DNA of 64,000 bases, taken from assembly GCA_951406725.2 (NCBI GenBank), contig OX597823.1, positions 32,116,001-32,180,000 on the forward strand, in the 5' to 3' direction. Numbering within the stretch: the stretch's first letter is position 1; every line of letters starts with the position of its first letter. The position numbers and the translations under genes are program-made. Shown here piece by piece: positions 26,301-40,800 of the stretch. The stretch is from Octopus vulgaris (Eukaryota). The notes beneath the pieces are model-generated. The model did not search any database. It saw only the letters and a list, made by a program, of their open reading frames with translations, and was not told the DNA's origin.

Positions 26301-29300
26301 TGAGGCACAATGTGTCATCCAGTGAGTCAGAACCTGAGACCACATGGTTGAGAAGCTGTGCAAGGCTATGTCAGTTTAATATATCTTACCTGGCACACAG
26401 TTAATTTCTCTTCAATTTCTTTCAGCTCGGAACTGTAAGTGTCCAGAACTGTGGCAACACTTTTAAGTTGTTCTTCGTACGAAGTCACTTCCTTCTGCAG
26501 CTCCACAATCTCAAGTTTCACAGTGTCAATATGCTACAATAATAATAATAATAATAATAATAAAATATAAAGACCTGGAAATAGAGGTAACTCAAAAGTG
26601 GAGCCTAAAAACAGAAACAATTCTTATCATAAAAGGTACATTAGGTATAATAAAAAAAATATTCAGAATAATACATAACAAAAACACCAGGACTAACAAG
26701 TATATATAACATACAGAAAATAGCACTACTAGGCACCACACACATCCTATGTAAAACACTTTCAATAGAGTAGCCATAAGAGCACCACAACAAACCACAG
26801 CACATACCCAAGGCACACAGAGCTGCGCTCAGTTGTGTAGTGAAAGCACGTGATAAAAATAAGACTAGTGAATAATAATAATAATAATAATAATTTCAAA
26901 ATTCTGCCACAAGGGCAGCTTAAGGGAGATGGGTATGAGTCGATTGCATCAACCCCAGTGTTCAACTGGTACTTATTTTATCGACCCCGAAAGGATGAAA
27001 GGCAAAGTCGACCACAGCAGAATATGAACTCAGAACGTAGTGACGGATGAAATATCACTAAGCATTTCATCCAGCTCGCAGCCTTAATATTAACAACAAT
27101 AACAATCCTTTCTGCCATATAGTTTCTGATTTAGGCAGAAAGGCATTAATTAAAACAGGTGGTGCAGGCTAATCAATTATTAATCCCAGTACTTGACTGG
27201 TACTTTATTTTAATGACCTCAATGGGAATTGAAATCAGAATGTAAAGAACCAGAACAAATACCACAAAGCAGTTTTTTGATGCAGTTCATCTTATCCATG
27301 GCTTTAATAATCCTTTCTTCTAAAGGCATAAATTTTTTTTGTGGGGGTGGGAGACTACTCAATAATCCATCCACAACTCCCTAAATCCAGAGTGAGCTGC
27401 TATGTCATCACTCAACATGCAAGAAACAGAAACCAAATCTCTTCAGTCTTCAATCAGAAAAGGAAAATGCAAGAAAGGAACACTTTTGATCATAAGTCTG
27501 ATGGACCAAGACTGGCCTGGGGCTAAAATAATACCAACACTATTTAAACCAACCAGGGATCCTCTAAGTCAAGGGTGGGGAAACTTTTTAGTTCAGCGGG
27601 CAAAAATTTACAAAGAAAAAAGTCTGCAGGCAGATCACAAGTTCTGACTCTTAAATCTTGTATATATCTATGTATAATTCAATATACATTAATAAAAATA
27701 AATTTAATGCATTAAATTAACGAGTAACATCATAATGCCACCACTGAATTTAGAACATTTATATTACTTATGAGGTATCCTATATTTTTCATCTAGAGTA
27801 TAGTTGGGTCTCAAGGGGATGGTACAAACCTAGCAATATGTGTGTTATAGTGAAAACAAAATTTCCATTCAAATGGTAATTACCGGACGATTTTCTGTTT
27901 GAGTCTAACCGTTTTAAGTCATATTGGAAATGCAACCTATGTTGCAAATACGCATACAAGTGTATCAGCCTGTGGACGAAATAAAATGGTCTTGTGGGCA
28001 CAATTACGCCCATGGGTGGGGGCTTTCCCAACCCTTCTCTAAATGGTCACCCAATTTGCAAAAAATAGCAACCAAATACCCATGAAGTAAGCCTGTCTTA
28101 TAAAAAAGAAGAAAAGAATCATACATTAGATTATGTAAGAGTTCTAGGTACACTATCCCCGAGTTGTGATGCTGGATGGAACACCTGTGATTATAGGACT
28201 GCTTTGCCAGAGCTAACCTGTAGATAAAAAGTAATTTTCTCCTACATGACACAGTTTAAACTAAACCTTAACCACTCAACTCTCACCTCAGTTTAAGAGT
28301 TCATTGGCCCTTTTGATACCAACCCACCTGAGACTCACACTGGGTCTGTCACACAATTTCCTTGTTTTAAAATTATCTAAATTAAAACTTTTCATCAAAA
28401 TGTCATGTTAATTTATGTTCCAAATACCAGCTTAATAATAGCAAAATTGCTTTATTAATTTTTTTCCATTATTTTCAAAAGTAATTGAGACAAAAGCAGT
28501 GTATTTTAACAGAAATGATAACAAAAAAATGCAAAGATTATGAGCAAGGTGCCCTTCAACCTCAACTGCACAAACAACAACACAGATGATAGAAATTTTT
28601 AAAAATTAATTAAACTAAGAGGAAAACACCAACCTGTTGCTTTTCCTTCATCAATTTATTGGACTCTTGCATTTGTTTCTGTATTTTGTTAAGGTTAGCT
28701 TCAGCTTGCTTTAATTCATTTTCTCGGATTTTATCAGCATTCTTGATTTTAAATTCAAGATCTTTCACTTTTTGTTTGGCTTTCTTGTTTACTTCTCCAG
28801 CAGTTTGGACAATGGCTTTCTGTTCCTCTAAAATCAATAACCAGTCAATCAATCAATCTCTGATCATGTCTGTTTCTACTGGGACAAGCCAAGCTGTCCT
28901 CAGATTCAGAATGCAAATTATGTGGCCTCCTCATTTTAAAGACAATATCCTTATCATTTAGTGCCTACATTAAATGCTGGTATGGGTTGGGCATTTGACA
29001 GGACCTGATAGGGAATACTGTGTTGAGTACCCATAGCAGTTTTGGCATGGTTTCTTCCGAATGTCAACCACTTTACAGTGTGTACTGTGTGCTTTTTCAT
29101 GTCACAAGATAAGATCCCTTGATTGAAGGCAGGTAGCAGTTCAAAACGAGGTTAAATGAATATTTATAAACATGAATGCTTTCTCATTAAAAGTTAAACC
29201 TCCACAATTATTCAAGCAAAATTAGTAGAGTGAACATTAATAAGCACTTTATAAAAAATTTGCCCAAAACTAACTTCGCTTGTGCCAGTACCACATAAAA

Positions 29301-32300
29301 AGCACTGAGTCCACACTGTGAATTGGCTGGAGTTAGGAAAGGCATCCAGTCGTAAAATTCCTGCTAAAACAGACACAGTAGCCTAAGGTAGTTTTTCTAC
29401 CAGCCAGCTCCTGTCATCTGTCTTACCCATGCATGCATGGAAGATGGATGTTAAACGATGATGATGATTGTGTAAAACAGCTTTTCTCAAACAATTCTTA
29501 CTAAATCATAAGACATTTTTTGCCAACAGCATGTATTGGACAAGAGTTATTGGAGGGATAGTATTCTATGGCTGGATGTCTTTCCCCCCACCAACCCTTG
29601 TTTTTTAAGTAAAGTATTTTTACTGCACTGGTTTATATATATATATATGGAAAATCCACAAAGCTGGGAGATATTGTTTACAAGTGACAATGTGAAGACA
29701 TGTAGAAACACACACACATTATCATCATTCTAATGTTTACTTCTACCTGCTTGTATGGATAGGACAGGACTCGATACTCTTTTACTTGTTTCAGTCATTT
29801 GACTATGGCCATGCTGGAGCACCGCCTTTAGTCAAGCAATGTTGGGGAGACAAACACAAAAACATATACATATATATGACAGGCTTCTTTCAGTTTCTGT
29901 CTACCAAATCCATTCACAAGTCTTTGGTTGGCCCGAGGCTATATTAGAAGACATTTGCCCAAGGTGCCACGCAGTGGAACTGAACACGGAACTATGTGGT
30001 TGGTAAGCAAGCTACTTACCACCCACCCACTCCTATGCCTATAATGGAATTAATTCTGATTCTTTTGTGGTGTGTTTAATAATTTTCATAGAAATGTATC
30101 TATTGCTCCCCCTACCACATCTATTGTCCTCAGCACCAATAAAAAATTTTTCATATCCCTCATGGAACAGTACAGCCTACCTGAACAAGCACTAATTTAA
30201 TGTTTTACTAAGTCCAGTGTTAACATTGATGCTAGTGATAACAGAGAAAGATGTAGTGTACCCACCAATAGTCTTTTCCAAGGCATTGATTTCCTCCAGC
30301 TGCTGATGATGTGATGTCTGTTCAAGTCTAGTTTTCAATAATTCAGTTTCATGTTGTTTCAACTCAAATTCATTCTTCAGTTTATTATACCTAAAACATT
30401 AGCAACACAATTTCCTTATAAACTTTACATTAAGGCCCTCATCATTGTCTTCATCATTATCTCATTTATTAAAGACATTTCAACAGAAAAGAACATCAAC
30501 CCTTTCCTCCCAAACCACGTATTATGATACAGTATCAACCATGAGTTAAAGACCGAGGTTCTGAGGTTTATATATATATACATACACACATAAAGAGGAA
30601 TGACCACTAGGTGGATTCTTAATCTGCTAAAGGTAGACCCCATATGGTCTGACCACTAAGAAAAATTGTTCTAAAGAAAATTCAGGAAACGCCAGAACAT
30701 AAAGTGAGCAAGACAAATGAAAAGATACGAAATATAGTGATTAGTTACATACCATGATTTCATTGTTACCATTTGCATTACGTAAATGTCTGCAAATCCT
30801 CAGTGTGACCGTCACAGAAAATATAATTTGCAGAACTATACACGAGATGTCCTCCCGAGAGAGAACGTGCATAGAGTTCTATCAATTATATTTAAGGTTA
30901 TATCTCAAATGTCTTTGTTTTAGCACACCGAAGCCGGAAATGACTCTGCAGAAAATAATTTTCTGCATCGAAGCCTGCCGATTAGAGAACATTGTTATTT
31001 AAATTTATATATATCTTTTATGCTTTACTTGTTTCAGTCATATTCATTTACCAAATATTAATCAACACAATGCTAATTTGCTAAATTACATAATACTGAT
31101 TTTTTAATGCTGTCTGAAGGTCATAAATTTAGATGTGGAGGTGAAGTCAAATAAATCAACCCCAGCAAGATTTGAACTCAGAATATGTATGGATGTAGCT
31201 GATGACAAGATGATTTGTCAGCCAGCATGACAATTCTACCTTCCACTTAATGATAATAATTGACATCACCATTTCAAAAATATTCTCTGCTTTACAATCA
31301 TTAAAACAACAACAAGGCACTCACGTCCCTGACATCTTCTGCAATGCATTCAGTTCAGCTTCTATTTTATTGAGAAGGTTTTTCTTCTCAACTAATTCCT
31401 TCTCAACTTCGGTTAGTTCTTGTAATTTCACCAAGATTGAACTATTTTGTGGCCGAGAACCTGGATAAACATATAATATAAAGCATTAATTATCATCCTC
31501 AACATGGTTACAGACAAGCATATAATGTGTGTGTGTGTCTATTACTGATGTGCCATTCCATCAATGTGGTCTTCTATCTTCAAACCTAGTTTATTTCTTT
31601 CATCTACCACTACCAACATCACTGCTACTTTGAACAATCACTCAGTCACGGTCACTTTTTATTCTGTCATCATTTAATGCATGTCCTCCATGCTGGAACA
31701 GTTGAATATTTGACAGAATCCCAACATGCCAGAGAACTATGTTAAGCTCTTATGTTTCAGCAAGGCTTCTACAACCAGATGCTCTTCCTAACAGCAAGTA
31801 CTTTACAGAGTGTACTGGATGCCTTTTCTTGTGACACCACTACTCGTGGGGTAGACAAGAAACCAGAAAGATGAAAAAAAAAAAAGACCACTTGACTGAG
31901 TGGGGTCATAGTAGAAAGGGAGATGGTTCTATGTCAAGTGTTGCGAGGACAAGCATAGGTGTCTTGCTGTAGAAGCAAATCCATCATTACTCTTGAGATA
32001 CAAGAAGGTTAGTATAAGAAAGAATACGGCATATATCAAACATGTTAAGCCTTTTACTACCAAAGCACTCATGGTCTTAAGACACAAATTGCCCTTACCA
32101 CCCAGATTCAACTATTCATATTTAAACCAAAATATTGATCTCATCACTTTGAGATAATAATACAAGATTTCAAATCAGTCTAAATTGAAGATTATTTTAA
32201 GAAATATTGCAGCAAAATTATTAACTTGCAAACACATTAATGGCAGAAATGTTTTACATGTGTATATGTGTATCTGTGTATTTCTATCTAGGAATAATGG

Positions 32301-35300
32301 TTATGAGAGATGAAACAGAGTTGATAAAAAATATTGTAAGTATACACAATAAACTTGTAAAGTTGATGTTAGATATCTTACAAAATATTTTATCAGGATG
32401 GAGGATAAGAATAGACATGGTACAAAGATATAATAAACATGTGGTGGAAAGAACTAGTATGATAAAGACAATATGATTTGGTAGCATACAGTTGAATAAC
32501 TGAGTGAACATATATTAACATTTAACACCTTTTTTTCTATGCTGGCATGGGTGGAACAGGCTACGTAGATAATAACAATAATCATTCCTTCCACTTCTAT
32601 CACTCTGAGGTAACTAACAAATCTTAAAAACGGAGAATACCTGACTGTGCTTTCTAACTGTAAGTTCGGTAAATTGGCAAGCTTTCTAAATAGAGCACAA
32701 AACAAAATAAAGAAAAAAGAAAAACTAATCCCTTACCCCCTGTAAGGGTTCCTGCAGGGTTAAATGACTCCCCATCTAGTGTTACACTTCTCTTCATGAT
32801 GGCCTCATGAAAAGTGACTGTTTTAGCAACTCCCATATCTTTACAGACAAAGCTGGTGCCAAACACATATTCCATGGCAGCAGACAATTCTTTCTCATAA
32901 CCAATCAATGAGAGAGCTGTGTGAACATTCTCTTTTCCAACCTAAAACAAAATTAACAAAGGTTTTTAATTAATAAACAAGTCAATAATTACTAGGTTTG
33001 GTTGACGAAACATCCAAAACAACATTAAAATATATAATAATTAAACCTTATGATTTATTGGTTATATCAAACAGATATTTCAGAGCACAATTTAGCAAAA
33101 AAAAAATGTTCTTACATCATGACACAATAATGGAAGTTTTATAGATTGCAACCTCACATTAGTACTCATGTTAATAAGATTTTAGTTGAGATTTTAATTA
33201 AAATATCAGCAGATTGTATTGTAAAGTTTAATTTAATAAGAAAATTTTTAAAAAGTGTAACAGTAAATTAATCCTAATTATTATATTCTAAATCATCAGA
33301 ATCCATAAAATTAATTATTATCTGGAGAGGGTGCAGGTTTGTGACAGGTAGATTAGCATGTGGGATAAAATTCAGCTTTGCATGCTGGTGAATCATACCT
33401 CAATTTCACAGAGCCAGGACTGTTCACAGTAAAGAGTTACACCTTGATTTGCCTACTAACACCTAGAATACCTGGGGTTATAGACAGGACAATACTAATC
33501 ATAGGTCACAAACCTTCAATCACCCAGTTTGTTTGCCCGGTACAACACTCTCTGAAGCATCCTTACTCTCAAAATAATTAAGATGATATAGAATGAAGTG
33601 ACATATTCCAGACTATGTACACGAGCCTCCACATCCTATTCATTAATAGTCCACTCCATCATTCACTGGACATCAGTAGAGACCCCTGTTTCTCTCCTAC
33701 CATCAACCACAACATCACTACCAGTGATACATACCAACTTTTCAGCTTTCTTAACAGCATCAGGATGAATTCTGGATCTTACAATCTTGTCCAGAGGAAT
33801 TATTGTATAACGCCGCTTCAGCTGACCATTCTGAACCAATTTTTTGCCCACAATTTCATTGTCCACAACAATATTATACAGCTGTAAGATAGAATACAAT
33901 AATAACAAATTAAAAACAAACAAACAAAATAATATTTAACCTTTTTGACAGCAATCCACATAAGATCACCCTTGCTTCTATGATACACGCTTTCTAGTTT
34001 TAAGTGATCTAAATTAAAAGACTTCCATCAAAATTTTCTGTCAGTTTATATTCTAAGCTCTATATTAATAATGGCAGATATTGTATTTAGTTTTTCGTCA
34101 TTTTCAAAATTAATTGACACAAAGACTGTATTTTAATGTCCAAATATGATAGCAAAAGAATTAATACTTTAAGTGTTGTTCTAAAGTAATGAGATCAAGT
34201 TTCTATTTTGAAGCCACATCACATGTCTTACTTCTATTCTTGTACTGATAGCAATAGATCAAATAATAACATCATGTCTCCATTCATTCATTCATGTTTA
34301 TCAACCCCCACAACCTCAAGAGCCAATCCCTATCACTTGTAATGATATAGTCATTTGGGAGCATGGGGGAGAAAGGGCAGTGACCCTGATCCTTTTCAGG
34401 ACTTCCATGACTCTTGGGAGAAAGAGAGGAAGTTATCTCACTGGACACTGGACCTAAATGCTTACAACAGACTGGACTCCTTTAAAGGTACAAAAAGGCC
34501 AGCACAAGTTGTTAAACTGAGTAACAGATCAAGTCTACTACCAGAGGCCAGGAACAGTTCCTTGACTATCTTCTATAAATTCCCTCATTGAAATTTCAAT
34601 TCCCACCCTCTTCCTGTTCTTTTCCTGTCTTGCAACTTACATGGCAACATTTACTGATTGAAAGGATTCAATATTGGTGATAGAGAATAATTGTATATAA
34701 ACACAACTTGATTATAACTTCAAATTCCCTCTCTCACAATCATACACACACAAAACATATATATATATATACTACAAAGAAATAACAAAGAACTCACCTT
34801 ACTTCCTGCAACTACTTCCAGAGCTGTACCAGTCTCTGGAGAGTTCACCCTGACAAGTTTACACAGAAGACCATGGACAGTACTTCGATTAAAATTTCTC
34901 TCAGGATCTTTATACTCAAAGTTCAGCTGAGGAAATCTGCAAGAGAGATTAGACATATTATACATGCACCCTCATGCACATGTATGTGTGTGTGTGATGT
35001 AACTAGGGGCAAGGAAATGAAAATAGATATGCTGTGTACAAATGGAGAACCCCAAGCAAAACATTATGTTCAAGCGTATAACCTGGCACATGTTTAAAAT
35101 TTATATAAAATTGTCAATAAGTACACCAAACTATCCCTGCAACGTGTGGGATGTTGTATAGTTATGTGTAGACACTAGAAACTTGTTACTATGTGTAGTG
35201 TTATACACAACTGGCTAGAGTTTGCAGGGTTTTTTTTTTCTTATATCAATGCGTTCAATTTTTGTTTCATGAACAAATATCTCTCTCCATATAAACGGCA

Positions 35301-37835
35301 GTTTGTGTGTCTGTGTGTCTGTTAGGTTGTACCCTCACCCTGACCACAGCTTTCAACCGATTCTGATGAAACTTGACACACACATAGCCCAATGTCATAA
35401 TTCAAAACTAACGCAGCGAAAATTTTGAAAAGTTCCCCCGGTTCTGAAAAAAGTCGATAAATTCGACATGGGGTCGAGAATCAGAAACACAAACCACAGA
35501 CTGTCTAGGGGACGCAACTCGACCTTTTTAACTCTCAAAAAAAATTTACCATAATTTTTTTTCCATAACTCTCTAAAAATGCTTTATAGTTATTTCCCTT
35601 ACAAACCTGAGCAACGCCGGGCGATACTGCTAGTAGAGATATAAAAAAAACCAGTTCAAACAAAGTAACAAATAATTTTCAAATCAAATACAGCTGAACT
35701 AGATCATCATCATTTAACATCCGTTTTCCATGGTGGCAAGGGTCAGACGGCTTCACAGGAACTGGTATGGCCAAGGGCTATGCCAGGTTCCAGAGTCTGT
35801 TGTGGCTTGGATACTTTCTATGTCGCACCATCACAGGTGCTTTTTAAGAGCAACAGCAAGAAAATGAAACATAAATGTAAGAAAGAAAACAGGAATAGAA
35901 ACAGTTCTGTATCCAAAGATGGCACATAAAAAGTACCATTCAAGTGTGGTCGATGCCAGAGCCGCCTGACTGGCTCCTGTGCTGGTGGCATGTAAAAAGC
36001 ACCGTTCGAGCATGGTCAATGCCAGTGCCACCTGACTGGCCCCTGTGCTGGTGACACATAAAAAGCACCCACTACACTCTCAGAGTTGTTGGCGTTAGGA
36101 AGGACATCAAGCTGTAGAAACGTTGTTAGATCAGATTGGAGCCTCATGCAGCCTCCTGGCTTGCCAGTCCTCAAACAGTCCAACCCATGCCAGCATGCAA
36201 AGTGGACGTTAAATGATGATGATATGAGCATGGTAACATTAGAAATTGTGGACATACTTGGCTTCAAGTGTTTCTGTCTTTTCCTGAAGTTTCTGGACTT
36301 CTTGAAACAAGCGCTTTCTCTCAGCAGAGATAGTCTTCACTTTTTCTTCATCATAGTTCAGCTTCTTTAATTCCATCTAAAAATAATAATGATGAAAATA
36401 AAAATAATAATTCTTTCAAAATTTTGGCAAGAGATCAACAATTTTGAGGAGACTGGGTAAGTCAATTACTTGACTAATATTTTATCAATCCTGGAATGAT
36501 GAAAGATAAAGTTAGCCTTGGTGGGATTTGAATTCAGAATGTAAGGAGCCAGACAATACCACAAGGCATTTCTCCAACTCTCTAAAAGAGGCAAAAGTCA
36601 AACATTTTAAGGGCAGAGAGACAATCAAATTGATCCTGGCAGAATGAGAAGCTTCCAGTGGGATTTGAAATCAAAATTTAAGAGGGTACGAATAATCATT
36701 TGCAGGACAATGATGAGGAGGAGAGAGGAAGATATTTAAGTGTCACTCACCTGAAGTTTATTAAGATTGTCCTGCATTTTATTGTATTCAATTTGGTCTT
36801 TCTTGTAACTCTGCTCTGTCTTTTTCAGTTCTGGTGATTTCTTTTTCAACACGTCCTGACTGTGTTTCAATCTGAGTAAGATGATAGAAGAGACTGGAGA
36901 TAAGACAAATGACTAAGGAATGAAAACTAAAGATGACGGATGACTGAAGACAGATGCCTAATGATAAGATAAAGGCAAACTGAAAGTAAATGACTAAAGA
37001 TGGTGGACGTCTGAAGACTAATGGGATAATTCTTTGTTTATCTAACAAAACAATACCTGTAAGGAGAGTAGAGTACTGAATTCACTACCACAACCATCGT
37101 GGGTTCAAAGTTTAGTAGAGCCATTTGTTGTAATTCTTAGCACATAATCATTCTGCCTGCCAACCTCAGGCACTCAACAGCACAAGAAACAATTGATTAT
37201 ACTGATGCCCCCATTGCATAACTGTTGTAACACAGTTAACTACAATATAATATTAAAGGCATGGCTGTGGTTGAGAAGCTTGCTTCCCAGCTATGTAGTC
37301 TCAGGTTCAGGCCCTCTGCATGGCACCTTGGGCAAGTGTCTTTACTACAGGCCCAGACCAACCAAAACCTTGTGAGTGGATTTGCTAAATGGAAACTGAA
37401 AGATGCTTACCGTGTGTGTGTGTGTGTGAGTGTGTGCACGCGCGCACATGTGCCTTTATTTTGACATCATGTGGTAATTGTAAAAGCAAATCACCATCAT
37501 ACAAGCAATGTCGTTCGTCTCCAGCCTCACGTAAGAAACATATCTGGCCAAGGGGAAATATCAATCCATCTGGATACAAGTGAGGTTTGGTGACCGGAAG
37601 GGCATCAGGCTGTTGAAAATTTGCTTCAAAAAATTCTATCTGACCCATGCAAGTATAGAAGGAAAAGTGGAAGTTAAATGGTAATGATGGCAAATGGTGA
37701 GGAGTAACACACAAATAGGTGTAATAAAACTTTAGATTCCAAAGTGAATCTCTTTTCTTCCACCCCAGAAGATACTAAACTTACTTGGTAGCACAAAATA
37801 TTGTCATTATATATATATATATATATATATATACG

Positions 37836-37887
<52 letters not shown>

Positions 37888-40800
37888 TATATATACATAC
37901 ATACATATATATACACATACATATATATACATACATATATATACATAAATCGGCCTGCTCGCTTAGCCAGCGGGGTGGCGTCATTCAAAGGCTAAAACAA
38001 TACGAACGCATTGTGACCAGTGATGTGTAACTACATCTGATGGACTGGTCGGTCACGTGTGACGTGATATACATACATATATATAGATATATACATGTAT
38101 ACATATATACATATACATATATATATATAATATGTGTGGAAACAACATGGCTGTGTAGTAGACAAGTTACTGGACAATCAAAGTGATCTATTCATATCTG
38201 ACAATGTTTTTAAATAAAGAATATTACTCTACCGCTGGTATTTGAGTACTCTTTTCCACCTTATTTAAAAGCAGCAGAAATATCACAAAAACTGCTACTT
38301 AGAGTTTCACTTTCCCATTTGTCGGAAAGTTTTCTGTCCAACAGCGAACAGGAACGTGAAACTCTGAGTAACAGTTTTTGTGATATTTCTGCTGCTTTCA
38401 AATAAACTATATATATATAGGTAAAAAAATTAAGGAGTGCATGCATTATATAAATAATAATTTTCATGATTAAATAAAAAAAATAACAAACGGAAAATTT
38501 TACATAGCTATATATATTTGCCGGTGGCACATAAAAAGCACCATCCAATCGTGGTCGTTTGCCGCCTCGTCTGGCACCTGTGCTGGTGGCACGTAAAAAG
38601 CACCCACTACACTCATGGAGTGGTTGGCATTAGGAAGGGCATCCAGCCGTAGAAACATTGCCAGATCAGACTGGGCCTGGTGCAGCCTTCTGGCTTCCCA
38701 GACCCCAGTTGCACCGTCCAACCCATGCCAGCATGGAAAGCAGATGCTAAACGATGATGATGATGATGATGATGAAACAAAATAAACAAACAAACATATA
38801 CTAAATGCACAGGCGAACAGAAAACACAGGTCATCAACTCCCCATCAGTTAATAATTAGAGTCAAACACAATTTCAGCCATTATTGATACGATTGCTTCC
38901 ACATAAAGTTACTCATTTAGAAGACAAAGGAGAACAACTTTTACTGACCTCATTTCAGCCTGTTTTATTTCTGTTTCAGTATTACTGATTTCATTCTTTG
39001 CAGCTGGAAATAATAATAATAACAATAACTGAGTAGTGACATCCAAGTACTGGCCTGGGTGACAAAAGGAAGAACGGTACTATGCCCCAGGAGGACCCAA
39101 AGGGAATGTGGTTGAAAATTTTCGACCAATATCTTGTTAGCCATTGATGTAGAAACTGATGATGGACATCATATCAAACAGCATCTATAAGTACCTAGAT
39201 GAGAATGACCTATTACCAGTGGAACAAAAAAGGTGTAGACGTAAGCGCAGAGGAAGGGAGGATCAATTACTAATTGATAAGACTATCCTGGCTGACTGCA
39301 TGAAAATACACAAAAATTTGGTGATGGCATGGGTGGGTACAGGAAGGCATATGACATGGTCCCACACTTGTGGATTATTGAATGCCTTAAACTGCTTAAG
39401 GTCTCCAACAATATTCTGAAGTTAATACAAAACTCAATGACAGCATGGCACTAATTGAAACCTTTGGTAATTTGTTAATGCCTGCTTCCAAGTAAAGAAT
39501 AACCAGTAATTAAGAACTATCTGAGAGTCCATAAAAGGATGAAAGGCAAACACCGAGGTGATGACAAGTGACCAAGACCTTTGGAGATATGCTGTATTTG
39601 AGAAAACCCGGCAAGCCAAGTGAGACCATAACTGTGGCCTATGGCAGTGCAGCATAACCAGCCTATTTAAGAGCACCCTTCAATCATTGGGTAATAAACT
39701 GTGCTTGCAAAGACCTGTTGAGGTAAGTGAAGTCGTTGTCATGGCCGATAACAGTACCACCTGATTGGCACCCATGCCGGTGGCATGTAAAAAACACCAT
39801 TCAAGTGTGGCCGATGCCAGTGCCACCTGACTGGGCCTCGTGCAGGTGGCATGTAAAAGCACACATTACATTCTTGGAGTGGTTGGCATTAGGAAGGGAA
39901 TCCAGCTGTAGAAACATTGCCAGATCAGATTGGAGCCTGGTGCAGCCACTGGCTCTCCAGATCTCAGTCAAACCGTCCAACCAATGCCAGCATGGAAAAC
40001 TGACGTTAATCGATGATGATGATGATGAAACGATTCTGCGAGCTTTCCACCCTAAATACTAACAGTGGTTTCTAATTTAGGTACAAGGTCAATAACAGTG
40101 AGGGGAGGGTGTTAGTTGATGTCACCAACCCCAATGCTTTATTTGGTGCTTTATTTTATTGACCATAAAAGGACAAAAGGCAAAGTGGAATTAATCAAGA
40201 TTATAATGTATACTTACTTAAGAGCTGGTCATTGAGAGTGGCAGCTTCTCCATCATCGTTACTAGAAAGACCAGCAGTGACAGCATGGAAGTGTTTTTGA
40301 GCAGCAGCAAAATCTTCAGCATCCTGAATACTCTGCTTTTGAAGTTTCTCAGTGGCAGACAGAATCTTCTCCAGATCTTTCTCTCGGGTAGCAATTGTTT
40401 TGGTGTTCTATGAGGACAGGATAAATAAGAAAAAAATAGCAGACAGACAGACAGACAATCACTTTGTATAGTTTTCTTCTCCGGAATTGCATCTAAATTT
40501 GATCTCTTCCTCACAGAAATACAAGCTCTGGCACAATTTAATGCTCACAGTGGAATCTGAACACATAGCCTATACATGTCAGCAATTTAATAACCCTTCC
40601 AAGGTGAGCCTTACTTTGATCATTTCCTCAGCAACTCCACCTAATAGAGCTGAGGTGACAACACCCACACAAAAGTAGATTAACAGCCCACTCTGTTGTA
40701 ATTATTCAGGTCTGGTTTCTGGTTTAAGGTGCTAAAAATCTAAAGCGTTGTGGCTATTGTCTTGCTCTCACTGCATAAATGGTTAAAGGAACATAAACTG

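Noticed and set aside
36788-37048. 86-aa ORF overlapping SMC2 exon 11
   Set aside because: Wrong frame; the phase-consistent frame gives [11 protein letters not shown]..., which fits SMC2.
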